From: Balanoglossus misakiensis | Taxonomy: Eukaryota; Animalia; Hemichordata | DNA length: 64,000 bases | Assembly: GCA_040954595.2 (NCBI GenBank) | Contig: CM082591.2 | Location: 1,835,745-1,899,744 of the forward strand | Direction: 5' to 3' | Part shown: positions 19,193 to 30,300 of the stretch, piece after piece | How positions within the stretch are numbered: the stretch's first letter is position 1 | Layout of the letters: every line of letters starts with the position of its first letter | Position numbers and translations under genes: made by a program | The notes under the pieces: generated by a model | What the model saw: only the letters and a program-made list of their open reading frames with translations | Database searches by the model: none | What the model was told of the DNA's origin: nothing

Positions 19193-20789
19193 CGCATTCA
19201 ATCATCTGTAGAGTCTTAGGACGACAAATCTTAGGCGGTTTTATGCATGTTTGCTTCTTGGCAACACCGTTTGACTCAGACTGTTGAAAGTTTTGCCTGA
19301 ATTTCTGGTTTGTCATAGGTTATGGAATGTACATGACCAAAACAATATACGTGGGCTATCCAGTATGTTATGAGTTCGAGTGGGGAGGGTAGCAAGATGG
19401 CTGATGATTGCTGGCATTATCACAGAGGGAGGCTGTGTATCAGTTATACATGTTTGTTTTAACATGGTCTATTCAATAGCGCATCTGACGAGTATGAATT
19501 GTGGGTTTTGTCTAATGGAAACTATCCCTGGAATTCCTAGATGAAATCTGATTGGTCGATTCACAGAATTATGAAGTCTTATTGGTCCATCAGTGGATTA
19601 CCCTGATTGGCTATTGAACTACCTCCAAATTCAAAGTTGCATTTACTGTGGATATAATTTGAACATCACTTGCATAAGTGTTCGACAGTTGAAAGACCCA
19701 GTATGTCCACATCCGTGATGCATTACTCCCAAAGAAAGAAAAAGTTTCCATATATTCCGGGTCATGTGACAGATGAAGAGGTCTGCTCAGTTTTTCACTA
19801 AGAAAAGGGCGCCCTCTGCTGTTTGCTAAAAAAATATTGTTTTGTGAAAATTTTCCGTTTTCACCACAGTGTTGTAACGATGCTGATCAAAGGAAGGCAC
19901 AGTGTCCCGACACTATTTTTTTGTCAAATTTGGTATCAAACTGTAAATTTGTACATACAAAGAAAAAATTAAGAAAACAGGAAATTGAGCAACTCTTGTC
20001 ATTTGATCCATTGTCTTTTAGATTATATGTAAGAAGTAAGGATACAAAAATATTTATCATGTACTGTTCCTATGAATATGATATTTATTCCAAACTGACA
20101 GGTCAGGTTTTTTTCTGAACGGTGACTCAAGAACTTTCTGATAATCTCACATCTGCTTGATGAAAAATGCAAAGTACTTGCAGGGTTCTCACTAGCTTGA
20201 CTTGAGTGCTGGCTACTCATTAATATTCATGTTCATTAATATTCATGCTTGTTGCAAGTCTTACCTATTCATCAATGTATCAAAATGATACAAGAGACTA
20301 GACAATAGTGTCAGTGCTGGTCGTGGGTACCCTGTTGAAAAATAACCTTGAAAAATTAGATCATGGTTGGTGAAAATGGATAAAGGTTCAAAAGGTTTTA
20401 ATTTGCCAGAATAATGTATTTTACAATTTTAGCTAATTGATAAACATTTTATCATGTACCTAAAATGGCTATGTGTGGATATATTCCTCTTTTTTTCTAC
20501 TTTCTAAAATCAACTCGCAGGATAATTTGAATCACTGAAATGTATTTGAAGTGTTATTTATGTGTAATACTGTTTGAGCTTTCTGAAATAAGACAGTAAT
20601 TGTAGGGACTTTAAAAGATGTGGCAACATTAGATTTATTCAAAGGCACCCTCCTCAATCCAATGTCATAAGTGAGTGCATTTGTGAATTGCTCATTAAAC
20701 CTTCATTCATCTTTTGTTTTGTGGTGCGAGGACTAATGTTACCAGTCAGCGAGCAATAAATTTACAGGTTTGGGGTATATGTTTCAAGC

Positions 20790-20985
20790 AATCATCTTGG
20801 GGAGTGATAGCTATGCATGGGGGCAGCCATCTTGGAAGGGACAGCCAATGAGAGTGGGGGCGGCCATCTTGGAAGTGACAGCCAATGAGAATGGAGGGGC
20901 GGCCATCTTAGGAATGATTGTAGGCATATATGGGGGCAGCCATCTTGGAAGTGATACTCAACGGGCAGCCATCTTGGAAGTGACA
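20790..20985. repeat. Degenerate ~31-39-bp tandem repeat with GCCATCTTGG core downstream of the BMAL1 stop
   Basis: About six units resembling GGGC(A/G)GCCATCTTGGAAGTGACAGCCAATGAG. Confidence 0.8.
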
Positions 20986-23342
20986 AACTCTGTGTTTTAT
21001 TTATCTCAACAAAACATTTGCTGTTTTGTTTCCTTGTCGGTTCTCCAAAGAGGCACAGTCCCAGGGGTTTAAACTCAAACCTTGTATTTTAAATGTCATT
21101 TTTTGTTGATTTTTTCTGTGATGTAATGTGATCAAATGCTTCATCAAGAAACGTGTGGAATTTGCAAGATAAAACGCAGAAAACATAGCAATGGTGTGCA
21201 ATTTTAAATCATGATTTAATGATCGAGATGGCCTGATCATGATTATCAGGTATTTCATTTGTGATAATTATCGTTTCTAGGATTTCAAGATTAAAATTTT
21301 AAAAGTCATATATTAAATGTTTCATCTAGTTGATGAGTAGTATTGTGTGTTGTTATCATGCTGATGTGAAGTTGATGGTATTTTTAAATGTAGACTCTAT
21401 TGTCTTTAATAAAGAATTTCTCAGTGATATTATCAGACACTTGTCAGTATATTTGCCGTGCATGGTGACCGACGAGCCTGGATTTAGCCTGGATCAGGGC
21501 ATTTGCATGCGGTTCGCGGGAAACTATAATTATCGGACATAGTCACAGGAATTTCTTGCCATCGTAAACGACAACAGAATCGCTGGCTCCGATCTATTTC
21601 AAGTATTTCCCTCACTTCTGAAACGTGTAATTTTCGGCACTAAATTAGGTGTACCTGTCCACCTTCTGGCACGGGTTACACCGCTTGACAATACAAACAG
21701 ACAAGCTGCGAAGTTGACCCGAGGGGCCGTACCGCATACTTCGTTCATCGTAAAATTGGCGAACACGTAAACAAAGCTGTTTATCACCACCCATGCATCG
21801 CCATGACAATGCGTACGGGTCAGTTTCTATACAACACGTGGAGCGACGCTCAAACGCTAAGTTTGTCAACATGGCCGTTTGTCACCGGTGGCGCGTACAG
21901 ACCTTCTGTGTACTGGAAGGTGCTGAGCATGCGCGTTTCACCGAGTGGACGACAAAATGTGTCTTGAAAGTTCGCGACACGTGGCCTTCGCCGTCACCCA
22001 AACCTCTCGCTGGTAATATGATGGACATTACCACGAGCCCGGTCGGAAATTGGACAAATTGTCCGTCCAGGATGAAGGTTGGTGCAACGTCTGTTTTTTG
22101 TGGCCTCGTGCTGTATTGTGCGGTGTGTGACAGACGCGCCCAAGTGGTGATGAAATATGGCCGCCGAAATGCAAGGGGTCAGCAGTCCGTGCCTGCCCTC
22201 CCTCCCTTCTTTGTTTTGCCATTTCTTTTCCAAACCGCTTTAAACTTTCCCAACTTTTATGTCCCCGTTTTGTATAGACACCCATCCAACTATCCTGTTG
22301 CGATAAAAATACTCGATTATGAGAGATTCCCGACATTTTGTCCAGAATACCTGATCATGTCCATCGGCAGGTAATCCGCAAAGACCACGTGACACAAAAA
22401 TACACAGAAAAACGTTCAAAAGACCAAATCTGTGTATTAAATTATGGAAAATTGCAACACAAAGTTAGTTTCTATGTCATGCTTGTTAGACTTAGGCCTA
22501 AGGGGTTGAACCACGTGGTTAAACATACACGTCAGTAGTTATATCAATGTAAAGGCGTGGAGCTACAAAAAAGGCCAGATGTTGGGTCGGCATATCGGGC
22601 TATGATGATGAGCTCGGCATCCAGGTGGTATTGCTCGATATGTCCTGTCGGTTGTCATTTATTACTAGACACGCTGTTCACACACTGTCTCTTTTGCACC
22701 TTTGAGTTCTGTCCGATCCAGACGAACCGTGAAGAAACCGAGCGTATCCATAGTTGACGCGCAAGAACTCGTGACGGAGCCATTTTGTTTTTATTCGTCA
22801 CTTCATCAATTTACGACCAGAAAGCAAGTGACACCTGTCTGCATGTAATGACAGCGCGGGAAGTGCTTCTGAGATTTCCTTTGATGGTGTCCATTGTCGG
22901 AAAGTTTGGCTTGACTGCTTTTGGTCCAGGAATAGGCTTTCTGGCACAGTCATTCTTGTGCCGGGGTCCATGGTTAATCCATCCATCCATACCACATACA
23001 AACATACCAATCATTTCAAGAAAAGTAGAATGCAATAAAACGTTTATTTTGACTCAAAATATCATAAAGATCTTTTAAACTAGCAAAATATTTATACAGA
23101 AGGTTCAACTTGCAAATTCATACAAAATAAGCACTATACAAAAAGTACATCATATAGGAAAAAACATTTACACAATAATGATCTCGCCAAACGACCAATG
23201 TTTAAAATAATAAGACATTTCGGTTTGTATAGTGAAATTATACACAAAGCATACATGAAGGCAGATAATTAAGTTTGTACAATAAAACTCTCCAATGTAA
23301 ATAATTTACGGTTTATGTCCAGTTCATAAAGAGTTCATCTGC

Positions 23343-24188
23343 TCATTTCATCGCTTGAAGTTTTGTGAAAGTGTCCTGCCAAGTCGAATACAGGGATGCG
23401 GAAACTGGCGGTGATGACGTCGGCGATGACGTCGTGGGTACTGCGATCGGTTGGCTGCGGTACGTTGCCAAGGAAACCTGCTCCGGTGATGGCGGGAGAG
23501 GCATTGTGGTCGCTGAGGCTGTGTAGTGCTGTGGGTAGGTCGGTTGAGGCGCGTACACTGGACTGGTTGGTTGTGGTGGGTAGACGGGGCTGAAGGTGGG
23601 ATGGCTCATGTAGCTGTACGGGACTGGGGCTGTGGTCATCGGTACGTACGAGGATGGCCCGTAGGCGTACGGGTGAGGGTGGTACCGGTAGAGACTGCTC
23701 ACCATGTCGTAGCACTGGCGGACTCGGCGACGAGCCTTGCGACGGCGGAAGTCACCCTTGATGAAGTCCTCCAAGTTGGCCGGATGAATGGACCAGTAGT
23801 TTCCGCGCCCATCGTTGCTCCGTCCGTTCTTGATGAAACACTCGTTGAGGGACAAGTTGTGACGAATGCTGTTTCTCCAACTTTTATCGTTGTTTCGGTA
23901 GTAAGGAAAGTTGTCCATGATGTACTGGTATATATCGCATAACAGCATTTTCTTTTCTCGGACACTCAAGATGGCCTTGGCGATCAGGGCTATGTACGAC
24001 TCGGCCGGCTTCTTACCGTCTCCGGGGCTGCTTCTTCCGCAGACGGACGACGGTGACCCGACATCGATGCTGCTGGCCTCGCTGGACGATGTGGACAGAC
24101 TTCCCGGTGAAATGGGGTTGAGTTGCCGCTTCTGGTCTCTGTCGCTGCTTCCCGTCAAAGCCTCCACGCTGAAGAGAGTCATTTTCAT
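23343..24188 (-). CDS. FoxQ2: Forkhead box transcription factor, FoxQ2 family, single exon, 281 aa
   Basis: Forkhead domain KPAESYIALIAKAILSVREKKMLLCDIYQYIMDNFPYYRNNDKSWRNSIRHNLSLNECFIKNGRSNDGRGNYWSIHPANLEDFIKGDFRRRKARRRVR, with the FoxQ2-typical LLCDIY and IHPAN..DF..GDFRRR. N-terminal eh1-like FSVEAL. Pro/Ser/Tyr-rich tail. Candidate polyA signal (minus-strand AATAAA) at 23048-23043. Confidence 0.95.
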   Translation of the reverse strand: MKMTLFSVEALTGSSDRDQKRQLNPISPGSLSTSSSEASSIDVGSPSSVCGRSSPGDGKKPAESYIALIAKAILSVREKKMLLCDIYQYIMDNFPYYRNNDKSWRNSIRHNLSLNECFIKNGRSNDGRGNYWSIHPANLEDFIKGDFRRRKARRRVRQCYDMVSSLYRYHPHPYAYGPSSYVPMTTAPVPYSYMSHPTFSPVYPPQPTSPVYAPQPTYPQHYTASATTMPLPPSPEQVSLATYRSQPIAVPTTSSPTSSPPVSASLYSTWQDTFTKLQAMK

Positions 24189-24284
24189 GTGCTGTGTGAT
24201 TATCAGACAAAATCTACTTTCGAAGTCTTGTCAGATTGCTTCACTGTGGTCTAGAAACAAGCGAATGACCATCAACGCCGTGGA

Positions 24285-24370
24285 CTGCCAACTTTTAAAA
24301 CCCCCACGCGGCCGTGATTGGCCCGTCCTTGATTGACAGCAAATGAACAATAGCGAGCTGTCAATCATCG
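24285..24370 (-). promoter_or_regulatory. FoxQ2 proximal promoter module
   Basis: TATA-like TTTTAAAA at about 24293-24300, CCAAT at 24317-24321, two inverted TGATTGACAG decamers (24330-24339 and 24358-24367), and a SOX-like AACAATAG between them. Confidence 0.6.
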
Positions 24371-27300
24371 CCTCGTTTCTCTTGAATTCCCAAACAGGGC
24401 ATTGCGACACATCAAGTATGGACAGGGTGAAACAATCAAGAACTAATGAAGTTTTCACACAACGTGGAGAATTGATCAGCCGGGGTCCAGCCCTTGTCGC
24501 TGCCCATTGTCACAATACAACGCAACTGTATTACAAACTCGGACACCCATTCAACAGGTTGCCTTTCATTCAAATCGCCAACGCAAAACTTCGCATTGTT
24601 GATTTCAATCGGTTGGGCGTGGGGGTTGGCTAATTTTGTAGTCAACACACGGATAACAGTTTATTTTCAAGATTTTTCTACGACATACCCTTGAAAAATT
24701 TTCATGGTTCTAATAATCATGCATTAATTTTCAATTATTTTTTAATACTCTTCAAATATATAACATGATCATCAAAGACATCTTGATGTGATGTTTTCGG
24801 CTGAATCAAACATCATTCAAGACTTTCAACAAGTTGCCGTATCTAAGTGAAAGAACTTTCATTAGAAAATGCAAGACATTGCGTCAGTTTGTAGTAAAAA
24901 GTGCATCTTTGTAATTTCTGGTCGAAATAATAGTTTATCATTAAATATACGAAAGCATGATTGTTTATCGCATCAGGAAATAGCGATACTTGTCGCAAAT
25001 GAAATTACGCGCACTTGAGTTTGTCAAGAACACTTAATTGTTGTTTGTTTATCTCTATGTTTACGGAATAGACATCATTTTGACCATCAACTGGTGTTTT
25101 ACCCAACACGTGTAGGACTTCACCGACCCAGGACCTACCGACCTCAGTGAGAACATGATGTGAGTCAATACCGTCTCTGTTGCGCACCAAATTCTTTTCG
25201 TACTGCGATTTGAAATTTTCGTGCGTGCAAAAAAGTTTCTTGCATTTCTGACCACTAACCTCTTTGAAATTGTTTGAAATTTTTTTTTTCACGTGCGCAA
25301 ACAGCGTACAAGTATCGCACGTCAACTTCAAAGGTCAGTAAAGTGAAAATTCCACAGATTTAATCGAATGTCGATGGTCCATGATCGAGGTTCTTACTAT
25401 TTTTTATTATTTACACCCGTTTTCATGGAAACAATTTTATTTTCTTCCCCTTGAGTGAAGAGTTTGTCGACTTTGCATCTAATCTACATATTGTTCACAT
25501 AAGAGTGGGGCACCCCGCGCTGCGTTGATTGACAGCTGGGTGGCTTGTGTTTCCAATGAACGCATCGTCACCTCCTCTGGGCGCCATTGTTCGCAGTGAG
25601 ATCTGGTTGTAGTTAGAGGAGGTGCAGCCATAAACACCTTTCTCTGGAGGGGCTTTCTGTTTGTTAACGCCTCGATTGAGAAGAATACTCGACATTAGAC
25701 AATAGGGCGATACGGTACCTGACAATCCCCTCATCACAAGTAAGTCAAGCTGTTTGATAACTTGTCTTCTAGGCTTCCGTGTGTCCATCATCTGAATGTT
25801 ATTTTTGTTTCTGGGGTAAAATATTTTCCAGAGGCCAACAACCTCGCTACCCAGATAAATTCAGATGTTTGCGTGTATCTAGTGCGTACTTTTGCTCCAA
25901 TTTCCCGCAAAATATCAACGTCTCTTTTGTGACAGGGGCAAGTGAACCGCGCGTCTTGTACCAGTGTTCCACGTCGTTGCCCCGCTAAAAGAATAAATCT
26001 CTCGCTACTATCGCTCCTACAGGTGGTTGCCAGTATCTTTTCCCTGCTTTGGTTTAGGTGAAAGAAAAAAATCGAAATGATCACCTAAAAAATATCGTCA
26101 AGTACGGACTTCAGGAGGAGTTACATACAGCACTTGTTATCCAAGGAGTTATAAACAAACAACATCGTCCTTTGACAAAATGACAAAGTTTGAGTCGCGC
26201 AAGAAGTCTGAAAAAAGTAATGTAAAAATTCAGAAAGCACGAATTCATGCATTTTGTAAGAGGAAGCCATCTTTAAATAACGTCGTCTTTTTATATGAAA
26301 TTGGTTTCTTGGCTAAAATGTATCGCAACAGATAATGTCTCATGGGGTCGAGCACTGTGGAAATGCTGGGACAGCGACCCGAAATTCGTTTTGGTTTTCG
26401 TCCTAGAAGTTGACCAAACGACATTTTGGAACACCCCGCTCACTCCACACCGTGGGAAGACAGGAAAGAAAAATAACGGATAGTGGCAGACGGATAGTCA
26501 AATAAACTCATTGCCAATACAACAGGATAAACACACAACACCACGCGAAAACCAGACAGTAAAGTCTGGCACACGATAAAACAGGTGCTCGGTAAAGGGC
26601 ACAGGGGTCACAAATTTGCCTGGTTGCGATGTGACTGTTTATTTTAGTATCCAAGATTAATCACATATGGACTAATGTGCTTAGTACAACCATTTTAAAA
26701 TTATTATAGGCCTAATGTAACTCTCCCGGTTTCCCAAATAACTCGTATACGAAGTAACGCCACCGAATGACGGCGCGGTGTCGCGGCGCCCATGATTAGT
26801 AGTTTTTTGTCACCTGGTTGAACGAAACATTTCGAAACAGCAGATCGCAGTGATTGAATAACTTGACAGATGTTATAAACGTAGAATTCTAATGTGGTGA
26901 GGTGTGATTTTAGATGCCCTCTCTGATTGGTGGACTAAAGAGAACAGATGTTCGCATTCCGTGCGTGATTTCTTCATTCCATTCCATTTGCAGAAAACTT
27001 GAAGGTGATTCAGGCAACCTCTTCCCTCCATACCATCCTGACTGAACGGAACATCGTTAAGGGGGATTTGGTCTCAAAAGTAGGTAATTACAACGCGATG
27101 TGTGATCAATCTTAGAAATTCAATTAAACTTGTGTAATTCTCACTTCAATACACCGTTTGAGGATTAAAAGTTTTGATCAATTAAGTCATTTACAAACAC
27201 AATACAATCTAAATGAGGTATTGCTTGTTACCATGGCTAATGACTTGTCATGTCAAAGTCAATGACGAAACGGTCAAGGTCATGTGCCGTGGCAAAATAT

Positions 27301-30300
27301 GTGCGCCCATTTTTTTTATTAGTAAGTGGCACCAAACAAATGCTTAGATTCAAATTTTCTAGTTGGTATATTTTTATTTCTTTAAAAAAAATATTTTGCA
27401 CGATCTGCAGATTTTCGCAGCGTTTTGTACGTCATGGTTTGTGACGTCTTATTTTATTGTGTTTCGTGTCCCAGACGAGGTGGAGCCTGCAATTAAGTTG
27501 TCATGTATACATCATTGTTTTGCTTGTCACTCTCCCATTGTTTGTGCTAAGTGATTTGTCTTAGAAAGCATGTCACTCCCTCTTGTACGCGTTTTTATTG
27601 TCTGTTTGTCCAACTTTCACCAAACCCAGTCAGTTTCACACCTCAGCTTCCCGACCCGTCGTGCATCACTCATCAGGCGGTGGTTCGTTCTCTATTCTGT
27701 ATCACCCCTGGTGTCGAACGATGACGCGTACGTCAAATACAGTAAACGCGGAACGACAGCCAGGTTCTGGTTTTCTGAAAACGACGTGTCAACGAGATCG
27801 ATCAAAGGCTAATTAGAGATTTGCGAGATGGGTTATCGCGGAAGAACTTAGTTCTGCACCTGTCAACGCTTACCAAAATTTATCTACTATACAACTTTGA
27901 AGTGATGGATTTATTTTCATCAAGGCACTCACAATAGAATTCACTGAACGATATCACCCCATCGTTGAAAGATTGGATATATCGCCAAGCTACAACTGTC
28001 AAAATTCGGACACATCAATTTTTTAATACCGAGTTTCCTCCCACGATGCCAGGAGACAGTGTGAAGAGCAAGGGACAATACAGCTACCCACTTGAGGGCG
28101 CAGTACAATAGCGTTAACCACTTGAAGGCGACGAGTGGCTGACAACCACGGGTGGATAGGCTGAGTAAAACAACGACAATTAATGAACGGATGGTTTCAA
28201 GTAGGTCGTCCGGGCGCCGCAACGAAAATGTCGCTAGCTTTCAAACCTCAAGTGTCCATAGGGCCCTTAATGTCGCCTAATCCTTTTCAAGCGAATCGTC
28301 TGATTGCTCTTTATTATTTTGACTTTGGTGTGTGCGGTTTCAGTGTCGCCCCGGTACAGATTTTAGACCGGATCCGTATCATGATTCATCCCACGCACCG
28401 CTTCTATCCAGTTCTCTTGTCATTCCGCTCCCCAGAAACATAAAGATGCGAGAAAATGGTGAATTTTGAGCCGGAATGTAAAAATAAAATAATGTAAGCC
28501 AAAGTTCAGACAACTTTCGTCCAGTAAAGCACAGGCAAAGTTTCTTGTCTTGCTGTGATTAAATGTGGTCTTTGCAATATTGAGTGAAGATAGCAACCGG
28601 CAAAGTGTCTTTTTCTGAGTTTATCCGCGCGCCCACTCAATTCCATCACCCCATGTGGGGTTGCGATGAATTCGTAGAATACGCTCACCTACTTGAAGGC
28701 GACGCGAGGCTGACCTTGGGAGAGCAGTACGCAGAAAAGAACAACGGTGATAATGAAGATGAACTTTCAAGTGGGTACTTCCCGGCGCCGCGGGCCCGTT
28801 GAATCGAAAAGTGCTGTATCGTAGTCTCTAGCAAAGCGGATCGGAGACGCGCAGTAATTCTCCGTGTTCATAGAGATACAAAAAGGGGAAATTAGTCAAC
28901 GGAAGTATATAGAAACCTCCATGATAATTTAAAGCCATTTATACAAATCCGCTTAAGCTAAAATAATAAAAAAACACTCCTTTCAGATGTCAGTAGTTTT
29001 CTACACTTCGTCAGTCCGTGCCACACGCTTGTGGAATCTTACATCACAAATCTAGACTTTGTGGGCGACACGACAAGTCACGGAAAAACTAAAACCGAGA
29101 TAAAATTTGTACGATGCACACAGTTCATTTTTGAAAGCACAGCCCTGTATCCCAATACAATTAGCAAAGGCTATTTCTACTTGCATAATTTGATTGCATT
29201 CACACAATTGCAACACGCACTGTGTGAATTAAGGCACTTTGCAGTCAATCGCCAACAGAGGACTATTTAGCTGCTTAATTTATGCATTGTTACTTTAACG
29301 CCATATATTTCAAATTAAGTGAATTATTTTAAGGGAGGGAAAGTAATTTTCGTCAGGGTGATAACAAGTTGTATAGAAAACAAGCCATCGTGGTATCAAA
29401 CGGGCGTTGAATACCAAATCAAGTTCAAATGAATAAAGTTATATATCCCAGAAAAGGGTCAAGTCTTTCTTTAGGGTTTGTGATGAATAGTACACTCGTT
29501 TCGTTTTTTTTTTTCGTGTGTCTTTTTTGTCGGAGACTGTTGAAAATGTTTGTATCTGCTGGGACCGTGTTGATTTATCGACTCTCCCTCACCCCAGAGC
29601 GATTTTGTCGAAAAAAATGACTACATAGAAACTTTTAATACCAAGGAAACGTATTTTTCACTTTCGGTTTTCGATTTGCACAGGGACCGCATCTTGGACG
29701 ATTTCCCTCACACTGTGAAGATTTTGGCGACCAACGTTTAGCGACTCACCCGACGCCAACCGAGAAGGGCGGTTCGAATATGAAGGAAATGGGCGGGAAA
29801 GTAATTTTCGCCTTCCCAAGTTGAAGGTGACAACGAGTTGTATAGAAAACAAGCTATTGCAGCGAACAATTGGTTTTGCATACTTGCTCGAGCTCAAACA
29901 AAAGGTGAGTGACGTCATTGTTCAATCACAGAGATCCGTGTTCCATGCATGAGTTGTGTACAATGTCTATGGACGTATAAAAGCGTCATTTCTGTTATTC
30001 GATTGGACGCACAATTTCTATTGCAGTTTCCAATCATCGCATCGACTAAAATTAAGACTTTGTAAGTTAGAACCTTGAAAAATTTGGACTTTGTATGCTG
30101 TATAACGTAAGAACCACGTTTTTCGGTAAGAACCACGGCTATGCATGAAAATGCCTATTTTTAAAAGTAAAAGCTTACTCGGAAAAACTTTTACTGGATG
30201 CCGAAATATTGCTTGCCCGTCATGTGAAAATGACAACGCCGTGGGGCACATGGCCAGATTTCGTGATTGATAGTAAAGAATATGTTAGAATAAGAAAGTA

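Noticed and set aside
18101-19823. CTCF-like AGAGGGCGC motifs (near 18101 and 19807)
   Set aside because: Only partial matches; they cannot be scored without a PWM scan or ChIP data.
21793-22374. 193-aa ORF between BMAL1 and FoxQ2
   Set aside because: No recognisable domain or splice structure. Probably a chance ORF in GC-richer DNA.
23335-24336. Several overlapping ORFs around FoxQ2
   Set aside because: Shadow frames of the GC-rich FoxQ2 exon.
24771-27808. Scattered TCF-like (A/T)TCAAAG sites upstream of FoxQ2
   Set aside because: Biologically plausible given Wnt restriction of FoxQ2, but the density is not clearly above chance for an AT-rich 7-mer.
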